Notes: generated by a model from the letters alone, not told the origin. Positions 1 through 10,965 are shown, counted from the first letter of the stretch. The stretch is DNA of 64,000 bases from a virus (IMGVR_UViG_3300014205_000183); one strand, 5' to 3'. Translations and numbers: made by a program.

Positions 1-1
1 T

Positions 2-454
2 ATCGAAAGTCTTACCCACTGCCGCTGAACCTGCATCTTGCTTAAAAGTGGGGTCATTAAACACACTCTTATCGATGGCCGCCATGCGGGTGGTGCCCAC
101 AGCTTTTGCAAACTTGGCTGCTTCGATTTTCTTGTTAATTATTTTCAAAGAATCTCCGGTGAAATCTTCGAAAGTGGTGCGTTCATCCCAGTGTGTGATA
201 ATCCGACTATCTGGGTGTTGGCGAGGCTCGTGTCGTAAAACAGACACTAAATAATTCTCATACAAATCCTGAAAAAACTCGTCCACATCAAACATTGCCC
301 GAACTCGATTCATCTTGGCGACCACTGACTCACCCATATCATAAACCGATTTACCCGACCTCTGCATTTGAAACTCAGCATCCGGTGCGGACTGGACAAT
401 AGGTGTCCCCGTACCTTTAGCTGCAAACAGCTCATCCTTTTGTTTTTCGCTCAC
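2..454 (-). CDS. Partial ORF running off the window start (MSEKQKDELF...); not in the ORF track; position after terL could fit a portal/head gene
   Basis: GGAGG RBS plus GTG at 454; frame open to position 1; product not recognised. Confidence 0.6.
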   Translation of the reverse strand, partial: MSEKQKDELFAAKGTGTPIVQSAPDAEFQMQRSGKSVYDMGESVVAKMNRVRAMFDVDEFFQDLYENYLVSVLRHEPRQHPDSRIITHWDERTTFEDFTGDSLKIINKKIEAAKFAKAVGTTRMAAIDKSVFNDPTFKQDAGSAAVGKTFD

Positions 455-568
455 AGGACCTCCAATTAAATATAATTATACCTGTATTCATTAAATGCAT
501 TAGATGTTGAACTGGGTTATGGAGTTTCCAACTAATGAGATGCAGCTTTCGCGGGCTTTAGAAAACTT

Positions 569-823
569 TTAGTGTTTGCGTTTGCTATTTTTTATAAATT
601 TTTCATTTTGCTTGCGTGCCTGCCGTCGCTGTTCATGGTTCATGAATGGGTGCAATTCAGGAGTAACCTCAAATTGTGGAATCTCCGGTAAGGAAATTCC
701 GTAATCTTTTAACTGATCAGCAGTCAGTAGGATAGCTGAGTCACCGCGTAGTCGATTCAAAATTAATTCAGTCTGAAGGTCAAAAGTATCATCACCAATG
801 ATAGCTATCTTAGCTCGCGTCAT
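569..823 (-). CDS. Hypothetical protein
   Basis: ORF overlapping the terL stop (ATGA coupling). Confidence 0.6.
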   Translation of the reverse strand: MTRAKIAIIGDDTFDLQTELILNRLRGDSAILLTADQLKDYGISLPEIPQFEVTPELHPFMNHEQRRQARKQNEKFIKNSKRKH

Positions 824-2937
824 AAGCGCACTCCACGAGGAAATTTAGAACCACCACCGTTTTGTGGTTGCCGTTGCACCTGAGTTGTCCGGGGTCGAAC
901 CATATTAGACTGCCCACCACCCCTGGACATAGGTGATAACGCTCGGAACATGTCTGAATGGTCTCTTATGGCGGCTTTCTGCCCCTGCATACCGGGCTGT
1001 GACCATGGGTTAGTACCTGCTGAGTGTGCGGCCGACCCTGCGTTTAAACCACCTCCGACACCCAATCCGCCTATAGATATGCTTGAAGGTGCCCTGCCCG
1101 CTCTTAAAAACGTGTTAGGGGCTAGATTGCCCAACAACAAGGCGGTAACACCACACCAGGTATCTGCAATATCCTTCTTATGTTTGGTGGAACCGGTTGT
1201 AGCGTTTCCTGTCCTAGTGCGGCTTAAGTGTTTTACTTGTTCCACACCTTTAACAACTTGCGGACACCATGGGGCAATAAATCTGTTAGAATAGATAATC
1301 CCCTTAAAAAACTCATAATCTCCGCCGGATAAGTTATGCTTATCGCATACAATACCTGCGGTACGCAGGTCAAACAAGCCTGTACCACTGTTCCATTGAT
1401 CCCAGAATGCAACCTTTAACGTAATATATCGACGCATATCCGTACAACAGGTGGTCATACTTCCAATATCCACGATACGACGCATAGTCGGGTCTGGTTC
1501 CCATACGATGGTGTCATCTATGACAACTGCTGCCACTTCTCGCTTCTCCGCACCTTCAATAAGTGTGACAGACTCCAGATGCCCAATAGTTAATGCAGCA
1601 TCACACATGGTATCTGCGGCATCCATCCAGGCTACATAATCTACATTGGCACTAGGCGGTCTATTTATACCCACAATCTTCTTGCGGACATAGGTGACCT
1701 TATTACCTTTGCCATCCAGCGAATCAATGTAGCTTGTCTCAACCTTGAATAGTGGCTGACGGTCTTTAAACGCCACAGCATCGATCTTGTCAGTGTACTC
1801 GAAGAACGGTCCGCCTACTGCTGGTGGTCGTAACAAGTAGAAGCATTTAGCCTTTTCCGGGTGCTGATTAAAAAAGTCTTCGTCTAGCTCTGCGGGTACA
1901 TCAAACCACTCTGGAAGCTCGACGGTACCTGCATTAAACCTAAATGTTTTACCACTATAAAAACGTTTCGGTTTAACATCCCACTGGAAACCACGAGAGA
2001 AAAATATTTTGCTATTTGGTTTCTGAGACTCTTTTTCCAGGTCGAACATAATATCATCGTCTTGTCGAGGAAAGCTGATAGCCAGCCCGAGGCCAGCCAA
2101 CTTCTTAGTATTACGAGACGACTGAGATGTTCTAAGTGTACTTAAAATAGTCTCTGCTAAACGACGTTCGCTTTCCGACACCCAGGCGGATATTTCATCA
2201 CAAATAAAGAACACAATGTTATATCCTTCAAAGGAGCCAGGATCTCCAGAGTTTTCAGCAAATGCACGAATATTTTTATAAGGCCATTCCGCCGCACGGG
2301 TACCAATTTTACAGGCAGGAAAAGTGCGGCCATTATAACGGTAGCGGCGACCCTCGTCTGTAACATTGAACTTTGTGAGCATCCATTCCCACTTAAGGAG
2401 ACGAGCGCGAAACTTGGTAAAGTATACACGTTCAGCCTGCATACCTTTCTTACCCACATTCAAAATATCGCAAGGCTCACCAGGAGCAAAACCAAAGAAA
2501 TCTTGAGGGTCTTTGAGGCAGAGAAGAATATGAACAATGTAAGCCTGTAATAAAGAACAGACGAGATCTTTCCCAGAGCCTTTAGCCCAAAGTAAACCGC
2601 CAAATGTAAACTTACGAACTTCAGGGTCAAACATCTTAAGAGGGTCATCTCCCAGAATAGCAAGACAGTCATGGTATTGCTTTTTAGATAGAGCACCATC
2701 AACGTCAGATGCTTTCCAATCACTCGGTAGCATCTTCATATGATCATTAGATTCGCAGAAGACTTTAAAATTTACAGGGTCATAATCCCAGTCCGGGTGT
2801 ACAGACTTACCGGAAACTACATTAGTGCTATCTAAAGGTTGAGCACCTACAGCCTTAGCCACATCTGCCGGCAAATATATGCCATGCACCTTTTCAAACG
2901 CCGCAGATAAATCAGCTAACCCTCTGTTGTAAACCAC
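820..2937 (-). CDS. terL: Terminase large subunit
   Basis: Walker A-like WAKGSGKD, Walker B FFICDE, RNase H-like AWMDAA and KDIAD; G/Q-rich tail. Confidence 0.88.
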   Translation of the reverse strand: MVYNRGLADLSAAFEKVHGIYLPADVAKAVGAQPLDSTNVVSGKSVHPDWDYDPVNFKVFCESNDHMKMLPSDWKASDVDGALSKKQYHDCLAILGDDPLKMFDPEVRKFTFGGLLWAKGSGKDLVCSLLQAYIVHILLCLKDPQDFFGFAPGEPCDILNVGKKGMQAERVYFTKFRARLLKWEWMLTKFNVTDEGRRYRYNGRTFPACKIGTRAAEWPYKNIRAFAENSGDPGSFEGYNIVFFICDEISAWVSESERRLAETILSTLRTSQSSRNTKKLAGLGLAISFPRQDDDIMFDLEKESQKPNSKIFFSRGFQWDVKPKRFYSGKTFRFNAGTVELPEWFDVPAELDEDFFNQHPEKAKCFYLLRPPAVGGPFFEYTDKIDAVAFKDRQPLFKVETSYIDSLDGKGNKVTYVRKKIVGINRPPSANVDYVAWMDAADTMCDAALTIGHLESVTLIEGAEKREVAAVVIDDTIVWEPDPTMRRIVDIGSMTTCCTDMRRYITLKVAFWDQWNSGTGLFDLRTAGIVCDKHNLSGGDYEFFKGIIYSNRFIAPWCPQVVKGVEQVKHLSRTRTGNATTGSTKHKKDIADTWCGVTALLLGNLAPNTFLRAGRAPSSISIGGLGVGGGLNAGSAAHSAGTNPWSQPGMQGQKAAIRDHSDMFRALSPMSRGGGQSNMVRPRTTQVQRQPQNGGGSKFPRGVRL

Positions 2938-2954
2938 CCATCCCCCAGTATATA

Positions 2955-3545
2955 TTACAGTAAAATACTCTCAATATAAGTTGCAGCATCCACGATCGAA
3001 GGAACTATGGCATCAACCCGATTCTGATGTTCTATCGCACTCTCGGCCACACTCACCATAATGGTATGATGGTCATGCATATCATTCGAGGATTGAAAAG
3101 CCGACCACTGCTTAAGATTGTCAATGCAGTCATCAATAAGCACGTGACCTACAACCAAATGCTTAGGCTTACATAATATGATCCTATCAGGTTCTAGGAA
3201 TGGAAAATGCTCTGCAAAATAAAGTAGCTTACCATGAGCAATTTCATGGTGTCCACTATAGCTGGTTAAAATATAACAATCCAATTTAGGATTCTGTACC
3301 ATCTGCTCCAGAGTCTCTACCGCTCCTGGCAGGGGCTTTAAGCTGGCAAACATACCAGGCTCTTTCATAAGCTCAAAAACCTTAGCACCACATTCCGGCT
3401 TAACATACTTCTCAATCTCTAGCCAATCCCGAAAGATAGCAACCTCCAGATTATCATCGTATCTTTCATTGTAAACTTCACACCAACGACTGGCCAGGTC
3501 TGTAAGAACAGAGTCAGAATCGATTAGTACAATCAGCTTCTCCAT
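2955..3545 (-). CDS. 5'(3')-deoxyribonucleotidase (NT5C, HAD family)
   Basis: IDSDSVLTD motif I, LKPLPGAVE, VLIDD. Confidence 0.88.
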   Translation of the reverse strand: MEKLIVLIDSDSVLTDLASRWCEVYNERYDDNLEVAIFRDWLEIEKYVKPECGAKVFELMKEPGMFASLKPLPGAVETLEQMVQNPKLDCYILTSYSGHHEIAHGKLLYFAEHFPFLEPDRIILCKPKHLVVGHVLIDDCIDNLKQWSAFQSSNDMHDHHTIMVSVAESAIEHQNRVDAIVPSIVDAATYIESILL

Positions 3546-3719
3546 TTATTTTTCCTCTGTGTTTTTAAATTCACATGGGCCTGTTTTCACACATTCCTGA
3601 GCATCCCGACTGTAATTACGTCGCTTACTTTCACAAGCCCCTGTATGATCACATATTGGTGGTTTACCAAATATAGCGTCATAATTTTCAATTGAACGAT
3701 TACTACTAAATATAGACAT
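3546..3719 (-). CDS. Small hypothetical protein
   Basis: Short ORF filling the gap in a tightly packed operon. Confidence 0.45.
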   Translation of the reverse strand: MSIFSSNRSIENYDAIFGKPPICDHTGACESKRRNYSRDAQECVKTGPCEFKNTEEK

Positions 3720-4543
3720 TACACATCCTTTGATTGAGATAACCACGACTCCAGATTGTCAGTATATTTACGACTATCACAGCGCCGCACGTACTTCACA
3801 ACCAAATCTATAGCAGTATCACGGCCAACTACGGCAGTCAACTGCTTTACTAAATGAAAAATATACTCTTTGGCACGCTCTACTATCATATTTTTAATCG
3901 CGTACCCACCAACAACACTACCACTTATGAGTTGTGCAGGCTGTACTTCCATTCGCACTTTTAAATGCTCTCCTTCAGCAGAGTATGGGACAAGTGTTAC
4001 ATGCTTATCTACAAACTGCGTATCATCATAATAGCATACATGATTCATAGCATCCAACACAATCTTCATTACATTATCCAAGTCCATGTGCCGCTCATCT
4101 TTTAAATGCACCTCTAAGGTTAAAGATAGGTTCTTTCGACGCATAGTGCATGCCTGACAATCTAGGAAGTTTTTACTATTAAAATATCTTTGGCAAGGCC
4201 GTTCTTCACCCCACCATCGACAGCCTAAAAAATTATCCGCCACTGGCCAGCCTTTATCCTGCCAGTACACACCACCACAACTGGGATATGCTAAAAAGAA
4301 ATGTCGTCGAATCCAGGCTTCAAAATCATGTGTACCTTTGGGTGTAAAAACTCTACTATTTCCTTTGTTATCTCGACCAAAGCGCGGACGTTCTTTAGGT
4401 ACTATTTTGCTGACTGACATGAGCTGCATATCTTTATCTCGTTTAACAACTTGCTTACCAAAAACATTCTTAGTCTTCACAGCGAAAGACATGGCAGGTA
4501 CTTCAAATGAAACGCTCGTCAAGCCATTTATAAGGTCAGACAT
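3719..4543 (-). CDS. rusA: RusA-family Holliday junction resolvase with a Cys-rich insert
   Basis: PKERPR and DLDNVMKIVLDAM..YDDTQ motifs; start moved to the ATG overlapping the upstream stop. Confidence 0.85.
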   Translation of the reverse strand: MSDLINGLTSVSFEVPAMSFAVKTKNVFGKQVVKRDKDMQLMSVSKIVPKERPRFGRDNKGNSRVFTPKGTHDFEAWIRRHFFLAYPSCGGVYWQDKGWPVADNFLGCRWWGEERPCQRYFNSKNFLDCQACTMRRKNLSLTLEVHLKDERHMDLDNVMKIVLDAMNHVCYYDDTQFVDKHVTLVPYSAEGEHLKVRMEVQPAQLISGSVVGGYAIKNMIVERAKEYIFHLVKQLTAVVGRDTAIDLVVKYVRRCDSRKYTDNLESWLSQSKDV

Positions 4544-5417
4544 GTGCGGCATCCTTCTTGTGTAAGACCTGGCAGGTGGGACACACATAAGTGTTTCTGC
4601 CCTCGATAAGTATTTTTTGAATTGTATTGCCACACATAACACATTCGGAACCGTCTCGTCCAAAGATGGAATACAAAGCCTCTATAGGCATAGGAGATGT
4701 TAGACAGTAATCATTACGAACACACTCCAAAATACGAGTGTACAAGATTTTAAAAGATTTTATTAATGTAACTGCGCTATGGAATGATAAACTAGTCTCT
4801 ACGCTCAACATTGGATGGATGCCAGATAAAAATAACACTTCAGAAGCAATTTCATTATCAAGCCAGGCTATAACATTGGGGGACATGAGGAATGACTTAA
4901 TACACTTGGAGTCTTTTAAATGACTCAGTTTTGTAGCCTCGGCTATGAGGTACTGTGGGGTAAATCCCACATCCAAAATATCCATTCCCAAATAAGCAAA
5001 CTCCGCAGGCACCTCACCCACTGGGTACACAGTAAACTGCCCACATTCAGCAAAGTCTGCATATATGAAAAACAATGTCTGACTGTCCTGATTTGTAAAA
5101 GTTAGCATACAGCCTATATCAGTATGCCGTAGATCGGAAGGGTACTGGTTATTTGTTACCATGATAGAGGTACGATGGCCCATCTTGAACACCATAGTAC
5201 AAGTTGAAAACGTCAAAACAATGTGCCGCCCCCACCTCCCAATACCCTCTAAGCGCGGAGACATACTTATGCCGCCGATATCAATGACAGGGAAAATGGA
5301 TGCTAAAGTGAATTCATTGTGGTGAGTATATGCATCCGCAGAGTAGAACTCATCAAGAGTCCAGTCTTTTAAAACTAGCAAATCATTCGCTAAAAGGTAT
5401 GCGTTAGCCAGGGTCAT
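4536..5417 (-). CDS. Fpg/Nei-family DNA glycosylase-like protein (degenerate)
   Basis: RWGRHI (cf. RRGK), H2TH-like LDNEIASEVLF..GIHP, Zn finger CVMC..GRNTYVCPTCQ; no N-terminal Pro-Glu. Confidence 0.8.
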   Translation of the reverse strand: MTLANAYLLANDLLVLKDWTLDEFYSADAYTHHNEFTLASIFPVIDIGGISMSPRLEGIGRWGRHIVLTFSTCTMVFKMGHRTSIMVTNNQYPSDLRHTDIGCMLTFTNQDSQTLFFIYADFAECGQFTVYPVGEVPAEFAYLGMDILDVGFTPQYLIAEATKLSHLKDSKCIKSFLMSPNVIAWLDNEIASEVLFLSGIHPMLSVETSLSFHSAVTLIKSFKILYTRILECVRNDYCLTSPMPIEALYSIFGRDGSECVMCGNTIQKILIEGRNTYVCPTCQVLHKKDAAHV

Positions 5418-5427
5418 TATTATGTAC

Positions 5428-6186
5428 CTACTTCGTTAGTATACCCTTATAAATGTAAGTTAATTTTTTATATTCTCGCAAGACATCGGAAGCATAATCC
5501 TTAACTTGCTTACCTTCATGATATTTAGCTCCACCAATATATCTCTTAAACGCCTCTATAAGTCTTTCCGTTATATCATCCCGACCATTAGTGTAGCATT
5601 CATTAAAATAAGAAGACCCAATATATACATTCAGTGTTGGCTGCCATAAAGTATGATTAGGCGTGTATGGAATCCCCAGCATACGGCAATGTACAATTGC
5701 AGTGCCCGGCATTAATTGCATCAATCCACAAGCACCCACATGTGACTTAGCATCTATCCTAAATCGCGATTCGATATACATGGTGGCAGCTAAAGCCTCC
5801 CAAGGGTAACCAAATTGTTTAGCGTGCTTACGAAACAAATACACATAGTAATCCGCCATAGGCTCTGATAGTCGATATGCCATACACAGTGTTTGAACCG
5901 CGGCATCATGTTCTTGCCCATTTCTCTGCATGGTCTCTATCCTAATGTTAGCTAAAGTCAGATCTTCTCTCGTCTGATATAAATGCCAAGATAACAACCC
6001 TGCGCACCCAATAGAACCATAAAACAATAAAGCAGCCATCCACCAGGAGTAATTGCGGATATCTAATAGCTTAAAAACAGTTAGCAAAAACCATGCAATA
6101 GACAAAATAATAACAGTTATTATCATTATAAAAATTGATAATATGCCATAAACAAAGTCTTTAACTGTGGTTAGTGCCCTTAACAT
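5428..6186 (-). CDS. Membrane-anchored lytic transglycosylase (SLT)
   Basis: Two N-terminal hydrophobic segments; IESRF, GACGLMQLMPGTA. Confidence 0.9.
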   Translation of the reverse strand: MLRALTTVKDFVYGILSIFIMIITVIILSIAWFLLTVFKLLDIRNYSWWMAALLFYGSIGCAGLLSWHLYQTREDLTLANIRIETMQRNGQEHDAAVQTLCMAYRLSEPMADYYVYLFRKHAKQFGYPWEALAATMYIESRFRIDAKSHVGACGLMQLMPGTAIVHCRMLGIPYTPNHTLWQPTLNVYIGSSYFNECYTNGRDDITERLIEAFKRYIGGAKYHEGKQVKDYASDVLREYKKLTYIYKGILTK

Positions 6187-6914
6187 TTTTCGAGTATGAT
6201 GACGTTGAACCAGTTAGCCAACACTTCCCTAGGAGTATTGGTACGAAAATCTATTACCAAGTCATCTCTGAGTTTAAAACCCGCACCAATAAAAAGCTGA
6301 TCCCACCAAGAACGCTGCTCCATATTGAGGTGGCCAGCCAGCATGAAATGTTCGTATAATCGATGGACATCATTTATTGGCTTAGCTTCTTCTTTTTCAA
6401 AATCAAACACATCCTCTGGAACGTCTACGATAGGGAATTGTAAAAATACCCACTTGCGACTGATCCTCATAAACTCATTGGCTACAATATGAATTTTGGA
6501 CTTACGAATATGTTCAACCATATCACTACAGAAGATCATGTCGTAAGACTCATCAGGTTCGGGAATTCCGGCAGTAACATCTGCCTGGAAAACATGACCC
6601 TTAGCAAAGTTGTGCACAGTATCAACCGCGTATGCTGAGAAATCATAACCCTTAGCCCGGAGGCCAGCACGAAGAGCATAATCAGTGAAACTACCTTGGC
6701 CACAGCCTACATCCAAAACCGAACCCAGTTCACCTTTAAAAGTCTTTAGTAAACCCGTGACTACAGCAAGATTTCCATACCAGTCGGTACCCTTGTAACC
6801 CCAAACTTTCTCTTTACCTGTGCAGCGGTCAACAATACGTTTAGAACCGGTATCAAAGTAATCTCGGTCATAATATTTCTGATCGGTAGGTAACGATCCT
6901 GGTTGTTGTTCCAT
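6180..6914 (-). CDS. Class I SAM-dependent methyltransferase
   Basis: VLDVGCGQG, YDMIFCSDMVEH. Confidence 0.9.
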   Translation of the reverse strand: MEQQPGSLPTDQKYYDRDYFDTGSKRIVDRCTGKEKVWGYKGTDWYGNLAVVTGLLKTFKGELGSVLDVGCGQGSFTDYALRAGLRAKGYDFSAYAVDTVHNFAKGHVFQADVTAGIPEPDESYDMIFCSDMVEHIRKSKIHIVANEFMRISRKWVFLQFPIVDVPEDVFDFEKEEAKPINDVHRLYEHFMLAGHLNMEQRSWWDQLFIGAGFKLRDDLVIDFRTNTPREVLANWFNVIILEKC

Positions 6915-7432
6915 TAGGCCTCCGTCTTTGGTTCGGGTATGAAACTTAGGGATAGTTTATGACCCATCAAAGTACCAGTTGCAAAAAACTCAAGACATAA
7001 TTTTTTAATAAAATCCTGATAGAAATTATCCAGGTGCACATGCTGCACACCAAAATCCATGAAGTCTTTCTGTTCTTGAAACAACTCTATAGACTCTTTA
7101 CCTCGCTGTATTGCAAATACCGCAGCAATGATATCCCGAGTCTCCACCTTGCGCCCAGGACCATCCGTAGGAGGTACAGGAATCAAGAAATCTAGGATAT
7201 GATTAAGGTCGGCATGTAATGCCTCTAAATTGGCATAATGCAGTACTGCTTTAGGATTGAGACAAAAAGCGGGATAGATCGCCATAAAATATACCGTCTC
7301 TGGACCGTGACAATGCACCCCATATGACAAACGGTAATCACAGAAAGAAAATCCGGGGATAAAAATCTCACTGATCGGACGCTCAACATCTTGTGTGATA
7401 GCATCCAATAAATTTGCTGTAGTAAACATTAT
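6914..7432 (-). CDS. Hypothetical protein
   Basis: Coupled ORF in operon. Confidence 0.6.
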   Translation of the reverse strand: MMFTTANLLDAITQDVERPISEIFIPGFSFCDYRLSYGVHCHGPETVYFMAIYPAFCLNPKAVLHYANLEALHADLNHILDFLIPVPPTDGPGRKVETRDIIAAVFAIQRGKESIELFQEQKDFMDFGVQHVHLDNFYQDFIKKLCLEFFATGTLMGHKLSLSFIPEPKTEA

Positions 7433-8235
7433 GGCCTCCTTATATCTACTAATATCCAACCTGAGATTGGGTGTAAAGTTAACAGTTCATTCATCGCTCT
7501 ACGTACAACAGTCGAAGCCTTCATTAACCCTGCTGGCACCTGCAAACCTCTCTCGTCACGTATCTCTGAATATACTACATAATCTCCCATGAAGATCCCC
7601 CTATCATCTCGGACTTCAAGAAGTTGAACATCATCTACATGGTAAACCACTTCAAAAAAGGCTAAAAAATCAAGGCAGTCATAAGCATAATAGCCGAGGT
7701 CGGACGTGTATATGACTTGAGGAACCTCATGTGACAGCTCTATAGCTTTGGCCAACGGTTCGGAAGCATCCACATTATAAACCTCTTTAGCTATCCGCAC
7801 AAATATATCCCTAACTGCATCATTATTATTATCTAGCATGTTGGCAATTGTGTGCTGTAATGCCTGTGACTTTTCCAGTGCTAATGCACTGACATACATA
7901 CATGCTCCAGCATCCAGGTCTGCTATATTAAGATGCTGATTACCAACATCTTTAAAAATCAATGCAGAAGGATGTTCCGTAATAAATTGAGCAATCTCTA
8001 ATCGGTCAGTACCCATACTCATTGCCATAACAGGGATGCCATTCGCAGCTGTGCGAGGATTCCCCGGATAATAGTAAGTATTACATTCTCCCACCTTACT
8101 TCCGACAACCACTCCTAGGTATCCTTCAGATATACGATCGAATAATGGTAATGCCTGAAAATTCTCAAGGTTTTCCTTACAGATAGCAATAACCCTGTCT
8201 AGGGCTTGGTCTTTAGTTTCTAAAAATGTCTCCAT
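7429..8235 (-). CDS. Hypothetical protein
   Basis: 268-aa coupled ORF. Confidence 0.65.
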   Translation of the reverse strand: METFLETKDQALDRVIAICKENLENFQALPLFDRISEGYLGVVVGSKVGECNTYYYPGNPRTAANGIPVMAMSMGTDRLEIAQFITEHPSALIFKDVGNQHLNIADLDAGACMYVSALALEKSQALQHTIANMLDNNNDAVRDIFVRIAKEVYNVDASEPLAKAIELSHEVPQVIYTSDLGYYAYDCLDFLAFFEVVYHVDDVQLLEVRDDRGIFMGDYVVYSEIRDERGLQVPAGLMKASTVVRRAMNELLTLHPISGWILVDIRRP

Positions 8236-8930
8236 TAAAAATCTCCTGAATTTAGTATTTTTAAACCATATTTTATAAGTTGCGCTAACACAGCATTAAA
8301 ATCCCAAACATTATCCTCCAAATTTTGAGTAGGATTAATTATTGCTCTGAGATCCGCCTTCTCAAGCACCACTTTGGCATCTTTCTTGGTATACCCTAAT
8401 TTTATAAGCGCCAATACAGCAGTATTTACAGTCTCATTTATTTTATCCTTTACCTCTTGTGATATTTGGGAGGGATGTGACATGTTTCTAATCTGAATAG
8501 CATTTAAAGTTCCCATATCCCTGGTGGTGCTGTATTTGGGAGCATATTTCTTCTGTAGGTCAAGTACTAATTTATCAGCAGATTTACGACCAATACCCTG
8601 AGCCTCAGCCAGTAGTTCAGCACTCCCATCTGCCAAGTACATCATTATCTTCTCCGGCTCCATAGAAGACATTACTTTTATAGCCTTAGAAGGTCCTATG
8701 TTATCTACTGATATGAAGTCAATAAATAATTGCTTTGCATCTGGGGTGTCAAACCCGTATAGTCTCTGTCCTCGCTCATGCATATGGTGGTGTATATAAA
8801 ACTGGTATGGCTTATCTTCAATAACCTGGTCTGCCATGGGAGTTTCAATCTCGTAACAAACATCATTAACCCAAGCTGTAGCTATGTGGTTAACAACAGT
8901 TACTGATTTTGCTATAAGCCCTGCAATCAT
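8235..8930 (-). CDS. ruvA: Holliday junction branch migration protein RuvA
   Basis: MIAGLI N-terminus, LYGF, HhH motifs NIGPSKA and GIGRKSA, C-terminal ALIKLGY. Confidence 0.9.
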   Translation of the reverse strand: MIAGLIAKSVTVVNHIATAWVNDVCYEIETPMADQVIEDKPYQFYIHHHMHERGQRLYGFDTPDAKQLFIDFISVDNIGPSKAIKVMSSMEPEKIMMYLADGSAELLAEAQGIGRKSADKLVLDLQKKYAPKYSTTRDMGTLNAIQIRNMSHPSQISQEVKDKINETVNTAVLALIKLGYTKKDAKVVLEKADLRAIINPTQNLEDNVWDFNAVLAQLIKYGLKILNSGDF

Positions 8931-9895
8931 GCGGCCCCCTTTAAAAGACTATCTAAGCCGCCTGGCAGCCCCTCTGGTACGCGCATCTGCCTGGTTAGTT
9001 GTGTGTGCGCCATCAGTTCTGAAGGATCAACCATACCATGGGCACCACATTCTTTACAGTGTGCTATACGATAGTGCTCTTTAAATTCTATCCGTAAAAA
9101 TTCATTTTCAGGTAGCTTATTATTACCCCAAAACTTATTCTGAGTGTTAGAGATGAAAGGCTCCACATCATGAACATGGTCAAATGAGTATGTGTACGGT
9201 ATGTGTCCTGTGGCCAGATTTATAGTAGCAGCATCCGGGTTAAAGAAGCAGCCAAATCCCGCCATATGTGCCCGCATACCGAAATCACAATCTTCCAAGC
9301 CTGATTCCATTCGTGGATCAAACCCATTAATACAATCTGATATTTTTCGAGGAAACCCTAAATTACCTGTGTAAGTTATACCGACTGCCCGATATGGCCG
9401 AGAAATGACAGTATTATTACGTACAGCACGATGGTCCATGCCAATATATGGTGTATACTGCTCCAGAATATCAATAAATGGAGTGGCAACTAAAGTCGGC
9501 AAGTCGTCAATCTGCTTCTCAAGACGAAACATGTTGCCGGCACTTAAGCAACCTTGTGATATAATTTCTAAGTGCTTGGCAACAAAATTAGACTTTACCA
9601 CAGCATAATCATCTACAAAAATAATTACATCCCCAGTGGCACGAGATAGTGCTAGATTACGATTGCGAGTTATATCTCTAAAAAACTTCTGGTCATCCCG
9701 AACATTGGGAACGTGTACAAATGATAACCCTAACTCAGTAGTCAGTGCTTTCATAGTACCTGCGCGGTCTTCATACGCAAAATCAACCAGTACCCATTCT
9801 AACTCACACCCTTGCAGCTGCTGGGCAGAAAACAAGCGGGCTTGAATGTCGGTGTAACCTCTTCTGGCCGTGGTGGTACAGATAGATACTCGCAT
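8927..9895 (-). CDS. GT2-family glycosyltransferase
   Basis: RNLAL, IIFVDD, NGFD, GLEDCDFG. Confidence 0.85.
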   Translation of the reverse strand: MRVSICTTTARRGYTDIQARLFSAQQLQGCELEWVLVDFAYEDRAGTMKALTTELGLSFVHVPNVRDDQKFFRDITRNRNLALSRATGDVIIFVDDYAVVKSNFVAKHLEIISQGCLSAGNMFRLEKQIDDLPTLVATPFIDILEQYTPYIGMDHRAVRNNTVISRPYRAVGITYTGNLGFPRKISDCINGFDPRMESGLEDCDFGMRAHMAGFGCFFNPDAATINLATGHIPYTYSFDHVHDVEPFISNTQNKFWGNNKLPENEFLRIEFKEHYRIAHCKECGAHGMVDPSELMAHTQLTRQMRVPEGLPGGLDSLLKGAA

Positions 9896-9897
9896 AA

Positions 9898-10965
9898 TTA
9901 CTCCTTCAAAGCATCTGCATAATAAGTATAACCAGTTCCCGCATATAAATTTGTCAATCTCTCTAGTATCTCTCTCTTTATAGGAAATTTAGCAAAAGTC
10001 TTACGACCATCAACGGTGGTAGGAAAAACTTTTCCTTTAAATGCTCTAGTTTGTGTGGTAAAGTTAATGACCTCAATAGAATCTATAACACCTAAACCAC
10101 CACAGTTTTCACAAATGTAATACTTAATACCGTCCATATCTCGATGAGTGTATAAGGTTGCGTGTGTGGTAAGGTTATAATCCCCTGTATGATATTGATT
10201 TACTGTGAAGGGTTGTCGGTCATGATTACATCTGGAGAGGTCTATTGCTAATGGTAGGCTCTCGGTGACACGCATCATGGGTATATGATGGTGTGATATG
10301 TGGTTTATCCATGTTTCTGTAGTGAAAAATAAAACACACCCGGTATGCGATAACCGCATACCTAAATCACCGTCCTCACCACCCGTTCCACCATTGTACC
10401 GTTCATCAAACCCCACAACTTCCTGGAGGTCTGCCCTATGTACACTAGCCCCGTTTGTCCATAGACTTCGAGGGTCCATGTTAAATATGACTTGCTTTTT
10501 CTGTGGATTACGATACTCATCATGCTCAAAAGACTCAGCACCCCAATCTGGCTGATCAGCCCATATTGAATAATCCACAGTATTCCGATGATAATAACAT
10601 ACCTGTCTAGTCGCGACCATGGTTTTTGGTTTACAATATTTAATATGTGTTGCCACAAAATTAGGTGCTGGTTGTTGGTAATCATCAAAGAAGATGATAA
10701 TATCTCCTTCAGAATGTGCCAGGGCTTCATTGCGGTTTGTCGAGTGTGTGAGTTCTGTTACATAACTTAATTGTGGAAGTGGTAGATGTTTGACATTAAG
10801 GTGTAACGCATTTGCCAAACTAGCAATAGCTTCTTTACGTAATGTATAAAGACCGTCTACAATAACTATTTCAAAATCTGAACAGGTTTGCTGAGCTAGG
10901 AGTTTCAACTGCCAATCTAATCCACCTTCACGTACTGTTACTAAGTTAATTGATGCTTTATACAT
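9898..10965 (-). CDS. GT2-family glycosyltransferase
   Basis: FEIVIVDG, RNEAL, IIFFDD, GFDERY, GGEDGDLG. Confidence 0.87.
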   Translation of the reverse strand: MYKASINLVTVREGGLDWQLKLLAQQTCSDFEIVIVDGLYTLRKEAIASLANALHLNVKHLPLPQLSYVTELTHSTNRNEALAHSEGDIIIFFDDYQQPAPNFVATHIKYCKPKTMVATRQVCYYHRNTVDYSIWADQPDWGAESFEHDEYRNPQKKQVIFNMDPRSLWTNGASVHRADLQEVVGFDERYNGGTGGEDGDLGMRLSHTGCVLFFTTETWINHISHHHIPMMRVTESLPLAIDLSRCNHDRQPFTVNQYHTGDYNLTTHATLYTHRDMDGIKYYICENCGGLGVIDSIEVINFTTQTRAFKGKVFPTTVDGRKTFAKFPIKREILERLTNLYAGTGYTYYADALKE

